A stretch of DNA of 58,648 nt from a virus (IMGVR_UViG_3300020287_000001:1-58648), one strand, 5' to 3'. Positions 28,818 through 37,250 are shown, counted from the first letter of the stretch. Translations and numbers: made by a program. Notes: generated by a model not told the origin, from the letters alone.

Positions 28818-29536
28818 TGACTGAACAAAACAAAACGCACGCGGTTATGTCCCAACGGCACGAGGATCAGGATAGTCTCGATTACTTTCCTACTCCGCCT
28901 TGGGCAACCCGTGCTTTGTTTGAACACATACTAAAGCCAAATTTTATTTACCCCCAACAACCCGACGATGACTTTGTTAAATATACTTGCCTAGAACCAG
29001 CGTGCGGAGCTGGACATATGGCCAAGGTCCTCGAAGAATATTTCCCTGAAGTTATGTCATGTGACATAGCTGATTACGGACAAGATCGTATCGCAGACTT
29101 TCTATCTAGAGACGTCAACGAAGAATACGATTTTATTATTACTAACCCGCCGTTCAACCTAGCTGAAGAATTTGTACTCAAGGCCTTACCCTTGGCTAAA
29201 GAATCTACGGCTATCTTTGCTCGGACACAATTCATAGAAAGCGTAGGTCGATATGAAAGACTATTTAAACAAAACCCGCCAACAATTATCGCTCAATTTA
29301 CAGAACGAGTTCCAATCATTAAAGGTCGTCTGTCAGCAAATGCTTCAACGGCTACAAGCTATGCTTGGTTCATCTGGGAAAGCTCTCAAAGACATGTTCC
29401 AAAATTTAAAACTGAAGTTCAATGGATCCCACCAACAAGAACCAAACTTGAACGAGAGGCCGACTATGAAAAAAGTGTGGCAACTCCACATCCTCGACCC
29501 ACGCGTCACGCCTCGCAAGGAAACCTTTTTGACTGA
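28817..29536 (+). CDS. Amino (N6-adenine/N4-cytosine) DNA methyltransferase
   Basis: DYFPTPPW, LEPACGAGHM motif I, ITNPPF motif IV. Confidence 0.88.
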   Translation: MTEQNKTHAVMSQRHEDQDSLDYFPTPPWATRALFEHILKPNFIYPQQPDDDFVKYTCLEPACGAGHMAKVLEEYFPEVMSCDIADYGQDRIADFLSRDVNEEYDFIITNPPFNLAEEFVLKALPLAKESTAIFARTQFIESVGRYERLFKQNPPTIIAQFTERVPIIKGRLSANASTATSYAWFIWESSQRHVPKFKTEVQWIPPTRTKLEREADYEKSVATPHPRPTRHASQGNLFD

Positions 29537-29581
29537 AGTACAGCGGTTAATAAGGAAAAAATTCAAAAACAATAGATTTTA

Positions 29582-29750
29582 GTTACAAAAGTTACTTTCC
29601 CTTATATATAGAGCTGAAAATAAAAAAATATTTTTTTACTAAATATAGGCGTAACTGGTGTAACTTATGTAACTTTCTTCTGTAACCCTTATGTATCAAC
29701 AGTTTTACTGGTTACATAATTGGTTACACTTGTGTTTTCAAATATGTAAC
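29582..29750. repeat. GTAAC/GTTAC pentamer cluster in AT-rich intergenic DNA (candidate origin or pac region)
   Basis: Nine copies: 29582, 29591, 29651, 29660, 29669, 29682, 29711, 29723, 29746. Confidence 0.7.
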
Positions 29751-29829
29751 CTTCTTAAATCAATTTTGGCCTTAATGGGCCTCAAAAAGTTTTTTGTAAA
29801 AAAATAATTTCTGGTGTATATATAGAGAT

Positions 29830-30390
29830 ATGAATAATTTGAAGCCTATTAAAAAAGGTCGGGGAAGGCCTAAAGTAGATATTCATAGTAAGCTAACTAG
29901 AAAACAAGAGCTGTTTGTAAAAGAACTTGTTAGCAACGATGGAACAATAACCATGAGGGAAGCTGCGATTAATGCTGGCTTTCCAGTTTCTTCTGCTCAC
30001 ACTCGTGCATATGAAATGACTAATCCTGAGATATGTCCTCATGTTTGTAGGGCAATACAGATTTATCGGGACGAGCTGGATGAAAAGTATGGCGTTACTT
30101 ATAAAAGACATTTACGAGATCTACAAAGAATTAGAGATGTTGCATTAGAGAATGGTGCATATTCGGCGGCTGTGCAAGCTGAGTTCAGACGAGGTCAGGC
30201 AAATGGTAATATCTACATTAATAAATCTGAAATCCGTCATGGTACTATTGATAGTATGTCCAAGGATGAAGTGTTGAAAGCTCTCAAAGAAATAAAGGAT
30301 TCATATGAACCGAGATACGCTGAAGAAGCTATTGACCACGAGGCCACCAGTTCAGCCGAAGAAGGAAAGCGGGTTCTTCCAAGAAATTAA
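29830..30390 (+). CDS. terS: Terminase small subunit
   Basis: LT.KQ..FV.E......AAI.AG HTH N-terminus; SAAV.AE..RG. Confidence 0.8.
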   Translation: MNNLKPIKKGRGRPKVDIHSKLTRKQELFVKELVSNDGTITMREAAINAGFPVSSAHTRAYEMTNPEICPHVCRAIQIYRDELDEKYGVTYKRHLRDLQRIRDVALENGAYSAAVQAEFRRGQANGNIYINKSEIRHGTIDSMSKDEVLKALKEIKDSYEPRYAEEAIDHEATSSAEEGKRVLPRN

Positions 30391-30739
30391 AAAAGCCGTA
30401 GGCCGATTACCTAAAGACATTTTGTTAACTAGAATAGAAAACTGGATGACACTTGGTATTCCTGATCTATTAATTTGTGATGATAAAAACCAATTTCATT
30501 TTGTAGAGCTGAAAGTTACTAGTGGTAACGTAGTTAGATTATCTTCACTACAAATCGCTTGGCTTACTAGACACAGTCGAGCTTCTGTATGGGTTCTTGT
30601 TAGGTCACAAGATACAATGTATTTGTATTCAGGTAGTCAGGCGGTAGACCTGAGAATAAAAGGTCTGAAACTCAAACCTATATTCAAAACAGAATACCCT
30701 TTTGATTGGCCAAAAACTTTTTCCTTGATCTTTGATTAA
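30305..30739 (+). CDS. PD-(D/E)xK nuclease, Holliday-junction resolvase / VRR-NUC-like
   Basis: RIEN...G.PDL......FVELK......Q.AW. Confidence 0.8.
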   Translation: MNRDTLKKLLTTRPPVQPKKESGFFQEIKKAVGRLPKDILLTRIENWMTLGIPDLLICDDKNQFHFVELKVTSGNVVRLSSLQIAWLTRHSRASVWVLVRSQDTMYLYSGSQAVDLRIKGLKLKPIFKTEYPFDWPKTFSLIFD

Positions 30740-30744
30740 TAATA

Positions 30745-30762
30745 TATAAGATAAATCCTATA
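30745..30762 (+). promoter_or_regulatory. Operator copy
   Basis: TATAAGATAAATCCTATA, identical to 27818-27835. Confidence 0.75.
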
Positions 30763-30786
30763 ACACATATTTATAGGAGAAATGTT

Positions 30787-31056
30787 ATGAATAAAATTGA
30801 AGACAAACATTGTTATACGCCTGTCAAAGAAGAAGGACAAAGAGGTATATATAGAGTTGCAAAAGTAACTTGGAACCAAGGAGGCTATCAGCCGTTGGGC
30901 AAGGCCGATCCAAATGATCCACATGAGATGGATAAGTTTGTAGGATCTTGGGGACATTGCAGACAAGTTTGCGATAACTTTAATAAGCACATCAATGTCA
31001 GCCTTGAGCAAGAGAACCAAATTGTTTGGAGATCTATGGAGGTGCAGAATGGCTGA
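30787..31056 (+). CDS. Hypothetical accessory protein
   Basis: TTATAGGAG leader. Confidence 0.75.
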   Translation: MNKIEDKHCYTPVKEEGQRGIYRVAKVTWNQGGYQPLGKADPNDPHEMDKFVGSWGHCRQVCDNFNKHINVSLEQENQIVWRSMEVQNG

Positions 31057-31339
31057 AAAAATAATTATTAGAGACGATAAAGGACAAGAACATCAATTTA
31101 CTAAAATTAGTGACTTGGTGGCTTATGCAAATTCTTTTATGACGTCTTGGCTTCCTGATGATTTTACTTGGCGTATACAACCTAGTTGGAACACATCTAC
31201 AAAAGAAACTTTCCATACATGGCTAAACGAATGTCCCGTTGATTGGAATAGAGACAATACAGACGATGACGAAAATAATGAAATCCAAGTCATTGGTTTT
31301 ACAGTTCCAAAGGAGGACAAAGATGAACAATCTATCTAA
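31049..31339 (+). CDS. Hypothetical accessory protein
   Basis: RBS GGAGG before ATG 31049. Confidence 0.7.
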   Translation: MAEKIIIRDDKGQEHQFTKISDLVAYANSFMTSWLPDDFTWRIQPSWNTSTKETFHTWLNECPVDWNRDNTDDDENNEIQVIGFTVPKEDKDEQSI

Positions 31340-31736
31340 AGAAGAGCTAGAGTTGTTGCAAAGCTGTGTGATTGAAATGAGAGCCATATTATCTACGGGT
31401 CTTTCTCAAGGTGTTGATGCAGTAAACTTTAAAACTCAATATGGGTTTAGTTATGAAAACGAGGCCGATCTTAAAAAAGATATTAGGGCGTTGAGAGCTT
31501 TGGAAAAAAAGTTCGAGCCGATAAAAATCCATATAGCTTGGGGTAGTTCTAAAAGGGCAGAAGATATTAAAGAATATACTTTTGATAGCGAAGAAGAATA
31601 CCTAGCTTTTTTGAAAGGCGTCGATGAATCTAATGGTTGGTTGGACTACGATACCATAGGAAACCATCAATGTAATTGGCCTAATATTGAAATGTGGAAA
31701 CGTCAATATTGTCCAGAGGAGAAAAACAATGGCTAA
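31323..31736 (+). CDS. Hypothetical accessory protein
   Basis: RBS AGGAGG; Y.F.S.EE..AFL.GV.E..GW motif. Confidence 0.75.
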   Translation: MNNLSKEELELLQSCVIEMRAILSTGLSQGVDAVNFKTQYGFSYENEADLKKDIRALRALEKKFEPIKIHIAWGSSKRAEDIKEYTFDSEEEYLAFLKGVDESNGWLDYDTIGNHQCNWPNIEMWKRQYCPEEKNNG

Positions 31737-32154
31737 ATATGATTCAGACTATTTAGATGAGGCTTGTAAAAATATGGTTGGCCATACTAACTGGGATTAT
31801 ATGGAAGCTGTAGACGATGACATAGCTTATATAGTTCGTTTTTATAAAAAAGATGAAGACGGAAACAAACCTAGTATGAAATGGTTATTCGATAATAATA
31901 GAGAGTTCAGAACCAAAGCGAGAGAGGCATATCAGGATTATTGTAAAAATCATTTAAACCTTGATAGTGGCGATGATTGGCATAGTTTCTATTTTAGAAA
32001 TGAATATTTTGATATGAACTTTTACATTAACGATGTCACTGATGAAAGAGAGGACGCCATTTATTCAACTAGGCCAAATAAAAATGGAGATCTAGAAACT
32101 GACGGCGATGATTTTTTTCTAGTACCTAAGCATTGGAGAAACATCAATGAATAA
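31729..32154 (+). CDS. Hypothetical acidic accessory protein
   Basis: RBS GAGGAG; coupled start. Confidence 0.75.
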   Translation: MAKYDSDYLDEACKNMVGHTNWDYMEAVDDDIAYIVRFYKKDEDGNKPSMKWLFDNNREFRTKAREAYQDYCKNHLNLDSGDDWHSFYFRNEYFDMNFYINDVTDEREDAIYSTRPNKNGDLETDGDDFFLVPKHWRNINE

Positions 32155-32168
32155 TGAAAGGAGGCAAA

Positions 32169-32267
32169 ATGTTTTTTCTATTTGATTGGATAGGCAAACT
32201 TTTATACGGCGAAGACTACGATAAGTATAAAAAAAGACCACCAAAAACAATTAAGCGTAGACGCTAA
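32169..32267 (+). CDS. Small peptide (32 aa, not in ORF track)
   Basis: RBS AGGAGG; MFFLFDWIGKLLYG...KRRR; ends at terminator. Confidence 0.6.
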   Translation: MFFLFDWIGKLLYGEDYDKYKKRPPKTIKRRR

Positions 32268-32268
32268 C

Positions 32269-32298
32269 AAAGAGGCCGTGATTGACACGGCCTTTTTT
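32269..32298 (+). terminator. Intrinsic terminator overlapping TTGACA -35 box
   Basis: AGGCCGTG-ATTGA-CACGGCCT followed by T run. Confidence 0.75.
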
Positions 32299-32310
32299 AT
32301 TTAGTAAAAG

Positions 32311-32328
32311 TATGGGATAAATCACATA
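32311..32328 (+). promoter_or_regulatory. Operator copy
   Basis: TATGGGATAAATCACATA. Confidence 0.7.
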
Positions 32329-32342
32329 TATAGGAGAAATTA

Positions 32343-32543
32343 ATGTTTCTAAATAAAGACCAACTTAAACACCTAGATAAAAACGGGTGGATACCTATGA
32401 ACACCAAAGACGGAACGGCTTGGTTCGGGGGTAAATCACATTATAGACTTGCAGACTATATCGAAGATCCTGAGAAAGACGATAGATCACTTGAAGATAT
32501 AGACTTTTTAGTTATTGCATATTCAAAAAAGGAGGAGGACTAG
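32343..32543 (+). CDS. Hypothetical accessory protein
   Basis: TATATAGGAG leader. Confidence 0.75.
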   Translation: MFLNKDQLKHLDKNGWIPMNTKDGTAWFGGKSHYRLADYIEDPEKDDRSLEDIDFLVIAYSKKEED

Positions 32544-32544
32544 A

Positions 32545-32769
32545 ATGAGTAAAAGCACAGTAAATAAATTAAAAGATCACATTGCTAAACTTGAAGGCCG
32601 TGATTTAATATGGTTTTTAATAGATGATTGTTTTAATTGCGAACCCGCTAACCCTGAGTTTAAATATTTATTACAAAAAGTAGACGGCGATAACATAACG
32701 GCTTTTTTGGCCGATCATGTTAGTGATTCTGCTATTATGGAATTTTTGGAGGAGTGTATAGATGACTAA
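32545..32769 (+). CDS. Hypothetical accessory protein
   Basis: RBS GGAGG before ATG 32545. Confidence 0.7.
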   Translation: MSKSTVNKLKDHIAKLEGRDLIWFLIDDCFNCEPANPEFKYLLQKVDGDNITAFLADHVSDSAIMEFLEECIDD

Positions 32770-33079
32770 TGATAAAAATGAAATCACATTCGATCAAAAA
32801 TTATGGGATAGCGCCCACGAACAAAACCCAGTTTATAAGTTTATGGTTTTTTATGACTTGTTAAGCGAATGGTTTAAAGATCCAAAGTTAAAAAGATTTT
32901 CATATTATGAAGATATTTTTTATCATGTATCTAAAACTATTGAGCAGTATGAAAAATCTGATTATGCGAAAGACTACACTCAGTCAGAACTAGCTTGTAT
33001 AATAGAATATCTGGAAGACAAATTTGAACACAAAATATCTAAAGTATGGAGGGTGCAAAACAATGTTGAAATTAGTTAA
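32762..33079 (+). CDS. Hypothetical accessory protein
   Basis: RBS GGAGGAG; coupled. Confidence 0.7.
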   Translation: MTNDKNEITFDQKLWDSAHEQNPVYKFMVFYDLLSEWFKDPKLKRFSYYEDIFYHVSKTIEQYEKSDYAKDYTQSELACIIEYLEDKFEHKISKVWRVQNNVEIS

Positions 33080-33761
33080 AAAATCAACTGCGAAAAAAAC
33101 TACAAATTGTGCAGTAACATATAGAGCGGGTGGAGCTGACAAATTCGCAACTTGCCCAATCGATTGTAATTTAAAACCTGACACTTCAGCGGGTGCAACT
33201 GAAATAGATTATAGCTATCTTGATGCAGTATCTGACGCCGTCCCAAAAGGCGGCGTTAGTTTTACTTATTCACATTTTAACCCTAGTTTATGGAAACATA
33301 AATTAAAGATAGGTAAAACTGTTATAAATTATTCAGCTCGAAACTTAGCCGACTTGTTTTTAAATTCATTCGTACCCGCAGTAATAAACGTAAAAGAAAC
33401 ATTTTGGAAAACAAACGGCAAATCAGAAACTATTAACGATCATAAAATAGTTAGATGTCCCGCAGAATATACCAGTACAGATTGTAATACTTGCGGAAAT
33501 GGAAAACCTTTATGTAGTCGTATGGATAGAAACTTTATTGTAGGGTTTACCGATCACGGCGTTTATAAGAAAAAGGCGGGTAGTGAGATAGAAAACGGCG
33601 GTTGTTATGCAACTGGAGGAAATGTTTTATTACATTGGAACGCCACAACTCAGACAGCTGATGAAGATCCTGATGAACTAAAACTTTTAAACTTTGCTCA
33701 GAAACTACCATATGGAACTGTATTAAGGCACCACATAGCGGGAGATTTTGGAAAATGTTAA
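33063..33761 (+). CDS. Cys-rich phage protein, Gp88/DUF7227-like (possible Fe-S protein)
   Basis: TCP..C, FTYSH, INYSA, CPA...C..C...LC, GF..HG, GCYA, RHH.AGD motifs. Confidence 0.6.
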   Translation: MLKLVKKSTAKKTTNCAVTYRAGGADKFATCPIDCNLKPDTSAGATEIDYSYLDAVSDAVPKGGVSFTYSHFNPSLWKHKLKIGKTVINYSARNLADLFLNSFVPAVINVKETFWKTNGKSETINDHKIVRCPAEYTSTDCNTCGNGKPLCSRMDRNFIVGFTDHGVYKKKAGSEIENGGCYATGGNVLLHWNATTQTADEDPDELKLLNFAQKLPYGTVLRHHIAGDFGKC

Positions 33762-33907
33762 GCTTAGTTGAATGTTTAGTTTGTACATATGTTTATGAAG
33801 AAAAAGAAAAATTTATAGAAAAATGTCCAAACTGTAAAAACTCAGATACTGAACAAACTATTTATTTAGCACCTGAGTCAGAGATTTATAAAAACTATAA
33901 AAACTAA
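33755..33907 (+). CDS. Small zinc-ribbon protein (50 aa, not in ORF track)
   Basis: CLVC...CPNC; overlaps the upstream stop. Confidence 0.65.
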   Translation: MLSLVECLVCTYVYEEKEKFIEKCPNCKNSDTEQTIYLAPESEIYKNYKN

Positions 33908-33911
33908 AAAC

Positions 33912-33939
33912 TTTACATATAAGATAAATCGTATACTAT
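33912..33939 (+). promoter_or_regulatory. Promoter with operator in spacer
   Basis: TTTACA-16-TACTAT; TATAAGATAAATCGTATA at 33918-33935. Confidence 0.7.
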
Positions 33940-33941
33940 TT

Positions 33942-33969
33942 AAGCGGGGCATCACACCCCGCTTTTTTT
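33942..33969 (+). terminator. GC-rich hairpin plus T7
   Basis: AAGCGGGG-CATCACA-CCCCGCTT region followed by T run. Confidence 0.7.
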
Positions 33970-33995
33970 AATTGCATTTTATATAGGAGAAAAAT

Positions 33996-35150
33996 ATGCG
34001 ACATTTAGAAAACGAAAATAGAACTTTAGAAGATATGCTTCATGTTATTAAAGAACAGAATGACATGAAACAAGACTACATAGCTCCAACTAATCAGCTT
34101 CAGTTTAGAACCCTTAAAAACGAAGGAGAAACTGCACATAGTCAGATTGTTATGGAAGCGAACCAAGGCGAGCCGACTAAAATACTCAATGTTAATCAAC
34201 ATTGTTTTGACCAAATAGCTCAAAAGGCTGAGATAGCGACGCCAACGGCTAGACGTTTACAGCAGAACTATCCTAGAGAAATGGATAATTTGATTAATGC
34301 TATTTGGCAAAAAGAAAACTCCAAACGTATGATTAGAACTTTTGAAAATTCAAATCATACAAACCCGTTTAATTATGACAATCATACGGGTACGGCTAGA
34401 GCTTTTTTATCTGATAAGTTTAAGACTTTTGATAATTCTGATTTATTGGAATCAGCTTTACCGACACTTGGAGAGTCGGACGCCAGTTGGAAAATTGTTA
34501 ATTACGCCAACACTGATAAAAAACTTTACATACGTCTAAAATCTGAAGTTATACAATCTGATGCAGGATTAAATGATTTAATGGCACATGGAATTGGGAT
34601 TAGTAATTCTGAAACTGGATCAGGATCAGTAGCTGTATTTGGCATAGCTTGGACGTTAGCTTGTTTAAATGGTATGCAAACCGAAAACGTAACCCGTAAG
34701 GCACATATTACTTCTGCGAGGGACGGCGACACTTGGAATGTATTAACCGACGAAACTAAACAAGCCGACAACCATAGTTTAAAACTTCAGCTCAGGGACA
34801 TTGTTAGCTCATATGCTAGTAGAGATGCTTTTGACGAAAACATTGAAAAAATGAAAAGAGCCAAGGAAGACGTAGTTAACGTACCTATGAATGAATCAGT
34901 CGAAAATTTAGGAAAAGTTTTAACTTTATCTAAAAAAGAAACTAGCAATGTACTAGAGGGTTTACTTCAGACTATAGGACAATCAGGGTATGAACAAAAC
35001 CAAAAGATAAACAGGGCAACACTTGTTAACGCTTGTACAGCTGTAGGTAATACTTCCGATCCTGACAATGTTGATTTTTGGCAACGACTAGGAGGAAAAG
35101 TTTTAAACTTAGGTAAAACCGACTGGAATAGGGTAGCAATGGCAAGTTAA
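33996..35150 (+). CDS. DUF932-family phage protein
   Basis: RAFLSD.F...DN, G..ISNSETG.GS......L.C.NG motifs. Confidence 0.8.
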   Translation: MRHLENENRTLEDMLHVIKEQNDMKQDYIAPTNQLQFRTLKNEGETAHSQIVMEANQGEPTKILNVNQHCFDQIAQKAEIATPTARRLQQNYPREMDNLINAIWQKENSKRMIRTFENSNHTNPFNYDNHTGTARAFLSDKFKTFDNSDLLESALPTLGESDASWKIVNYANTDKKLYIRLKSEVIQSDAGLNDLMAHGIGISNSETGSGSVAVFGIAWTLACLNGMQTENVTRKAHITSARDGDTWNVLTDETKQADNHSLKLQLRDIVSSYASRDAFDENIEKMKRAKEDVVNVPMNESVENLGKVLTLSKKETSNVLEGLLQTIGQSGYEQNQKINRATLVNACTAVGNTSDPDNVDFWQRLGGKVLNLGKTDWNRVAMAS

Positions 35151-35177
35151 AAACTACCCACACATTAACGCCGATTT

Positions 35178-35208
35178 AAGCCCCGTCCAGACGGGGCTTT
35201 TCTTTTTT
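35178..35208 (+). terminator. Intrinsic terminator
   Basis: AAGCCCCGTC/GACGGGGCTT plus T tract. Confidence 0.8.
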
Positions 35209-35215
35209 GGTAAAG

Positions 35216-35233
35216 TATGCATAATATCCCATA
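35216..35233 (+). promoter_or_regulatory. Operator copy (degenerate left half)
   Basis: TATGCATAATATCCCATA. Confidence 0.55.
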
Positions 35234-35259
35234 TCACAAACTATATAGGACAAAATAAA

Positions 35260-35649
35260 ATGATTAAACGACAATATAAAACATATGAAAAAAACCCTAC
35301 CCAATGGGAAATTAGTTTAGGTCTAATATTTGTAGACCTCGAAGAAGCTAAAAAAGTAGAAAATTTTGATCGTAAACAATATAAAGATTGGCTACATAAA
35401 TTAGTAGACCGAGATGAGATTGAAATTATTGAAATTTATAATCCTGACATTGATGAACATTTAACTCATTACTTAGAGCAAAATCCAATGGGTTATGGGT
35501 TATATTTAAAATCTGATAAAGGATTTACTCAGGACGGCTTTTATATGACTGAAGAGGACGCCCTCCATTATCAGGAAGAACGAGCTGAAGAAATGCCTGA
35601 CATTAAAACTTTTATATTTAAAACCCACGATAATGAAAACGAAAAATAA
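35260..35649 (+). CDS. Hypothetical accessory protein
   Basis: TATATAGGA leader. Confidence 0.75.
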   Translation: MIKRQYKTYEKNPTQWEISLGLIFVDLEEAKKVENFDRKQYKDWLHKLVDRDEIEIIEIYNPDIDEHLTHYLEQNPMGYGLYLKSDKGFTQDGFYMTEEDALHYQEERAEEMPDIKTFIFKTHDNENEK

Positions 35650-35703
35650 ACTTATCTGGAAAAGCTGACAAAAGACCCGTTAATTGACTTTAACGGGTTT
35701 TTT
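35642..35703 (+). repeat. Intergenic ~62-bp direct repeat copy 1 (stop codon + CAGCTG-type box + terminator/-35 hairpin)
   Basis: Near-identical to 36212-36273. Confidence 0.9.
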
Positions 35704-35747
35704 TTGTACTTATTAAAAATCACATTAACTTTATAGGAGAAAAACCA

Positions 35748-36077
35748 ATGGCATTACATTATAATTTAAAAGAATGTAATCTTGAAGGCGTCCCTGATAA
35801 CATTGTTACAGAAATGATTTATTGTACTATGGTTATTGAAATTGGACACTTTACCGAGAAAAATATTAAGGAAGTTTTTTATAGAATTTCTATAGCTGAA
35901 ATGTTTAATGGATCACCTTATCATTATGAACCAAAAACATTTAAATCAATACTTGCCGATATGGATTTATTGAAAAAGTTTATAGGATTAAAAACAAACG
36001 TAGGTAATACACCGATGAGAAAATGGTTTAGTAAAAAATTTAAACAACAGGAGCAATCAGACAATGCCAAAAGATAA
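35748..36077 (+). CDS. Hypothetical accessory protein
   Basis: TTATAGGAG leader; FIGL.TNV motif. Confidence 0.75.
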   Translation: MALHYNLKECNLEGVPDNIVTEMIYCTMVIEIGHFTEKNIKEVFYRISIAEMFNGSPYHYEPKTFKSILADMDLLKKFIGLKTNVGNTPMRKWFSKKFKQQEQSDNAKR

Positions 36078-36219
36078 ATTAAATTTAGATCAGCTTATGA
36101 ACAATTTAAATCAGGTAGGCTTAAACGTCATAAATTTTGATGAACATTTTCAAGAGCAGTTTTTTAACAAAAAGGAAAACGAAAAAAGCGAAGTTAAAAA
36201 AGATAATTTAAAAAAATAA
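36064..36219 (+). CDS. Small hypothetical protein (51 aa, not in ORF track)
   Basis: RBS AGGAG; stop lies in repeat copy 2. Confidence 0.6.
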   Translation: MPKDKLNLDQLMNNLNQVGLNVINFDEHFQEQFFNKKENEKSEVKKDNLKK

Positions 36220-36273
36220 ACTTATCTGGAAACAGCTGTAGAAAACCCGTTAATTGACTTTAACGGGTTTTTT
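36212..36273 (+). repeat. Intergenic ~62-bp direct repeat copy 2
   Basis: Near-identical to 35642-35703; TTGACT-16-TATTAT promoter. Confidence 0.9.
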
Positions 36274-36280
36274 ATTATTA

Positions 36281-36298
36281 TATGGGATAAATCACATT
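36281..36298 (+). promoter_or_regulatory. Operator copy
   Basis: TATGGGATAAATCACATT. Confidence 0.7.
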
Positions 36299-36321
36299 TT
36301 AACATTATAGGAGTTTTAAAA

Positions 36322-36642
36322 ATGTCTAGGCAATATCCAATATGGAATATAGTGACAGCTTGTATTTATAACAGCTGTAAAAGTTACGGCGTAAAAAATA
36401 CTGGAGAGGTAGAAGTTAGAGTCGGCACCAGTTCAAAAAATAGTCATTTATTTTTGAAACATTGCACAACTCACCGACAATTAGAAAACGGCGACAAAGA
36501 ATTTAGATTTTATATTGACGGGCAATTAATAAAAAGAGCTGTACTCCATAAAGGCGAATCACAACTTCAATTTTATGATGGAGCTTACCCGACCAATTCA
36601 AAATATTTGAATACGCCGATTGAAAACGGAGTCTTAAATTAA
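36322..36642 (+). CDS. Hypothetical accessory protein
   Basis: TTATAGGAG leader; YPIW..V.AC.Y...KSYG. Confidence 0.75.
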   Translation: MSRQYPIWNIVTACIYNSCKSYGVKNTGEVEVRVGTSSKNSHLFLKHCTTHRQLENGDKEFRFYIDGQLIKRAVLHKGESQLQFYDGAYPTNSKYLNTPIENGVLN

Positions 36643-36722
36643 TGATTCATTTATTTATTGAAATACTTTGTTTCTTATCTCTTTTAACATTTGGTTTTTA
36701 TTTATTGATTGCTTTGGTCTAA
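36642..36722 (+). CDS. 26-aa hydrophobic membrane peptide (not in ORF track)
   Basis: TAATG coupling, RBS GGAG; MIHLFIEILCFLSLLTFGFYLLIALV. Confidence 0.55.
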   Translation: MIHLFIEILCFLSLLTFGFYLLIALV

Positions 36723-36747
36723 TTTAATCACGAAATAAAACGAATTA

Positions 36748-36776
36748 AGCGCCGTTATTTTAACGGCGTTTTTTTT
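36748..36776 (+). terminator. Intrinsic terminator closing the accessory region
   Basis: CGCCGTTA-TTT-TAACGGCG plus T8. Confidence 0.8.
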
Positions 36777-37205
36777 ATCCTTACTTTCTTTTTTAACGCT
36801 CTAGAAACAGCTGTAACCAGTTTAAATGATAATTAGTATTAAATAGTTAATTAAGGCGCCATGAGACGCCCAGACATAGCCGAAACATATGGAGCGGGAA
36901 AAACTACCCATTAAAAAACGTCAGCTGTTTCCAGACGCTCAAAACATGATTCGTGAAGCAAGTGCTGCTCTTTTTTATTAATGCGCCGTGATCCGGGCGC
37001 CGGGATCCACGAAACAAGCGCCGAAAAGCATAACACCAGCTGAAGGAGATAAGAACGCCGACGCTTAAAAAATTGCTTAGGATCCTTGGATAATAAAGGT
37101 TAAAAAATAAAATAAGAATCGAGAAAATCAGCGAAAAAATCAGGCGACGCCGTGCGTTGCGTACGCAGGCAAGTGCCAAGTTTTTCACAAACAATTAGAT
37201 AAAAA

Positions 37206-37250
37206 TTGAAATAGCGATTAACTATAGTATAATAAGCCATAAATCGCATA
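37206..37250 (+). promoter_or_regulatory. terL promoter with downstream operator
   Basis: TTGAAA-16-TATAAT; TAAGCCATAAATCGCATA at 37233-37250. Confidence 0.65.

Noticed and set aside
29253-29582. 109-aa alternative-frame ORF overlapping the MTase
   Set aside because: Mostly nested in a well-supported gene; no motif support
35642-36273. CRISPR array or integron attC cassettes
   Set aside because: Only two long repeats with gene-sized spacing; no cas or integrase gene seen
36904-37194. 96-aa minus-strand ORF before terL
   Set aside because: No RBS, atypical composition, lies in a repeat/promoter region
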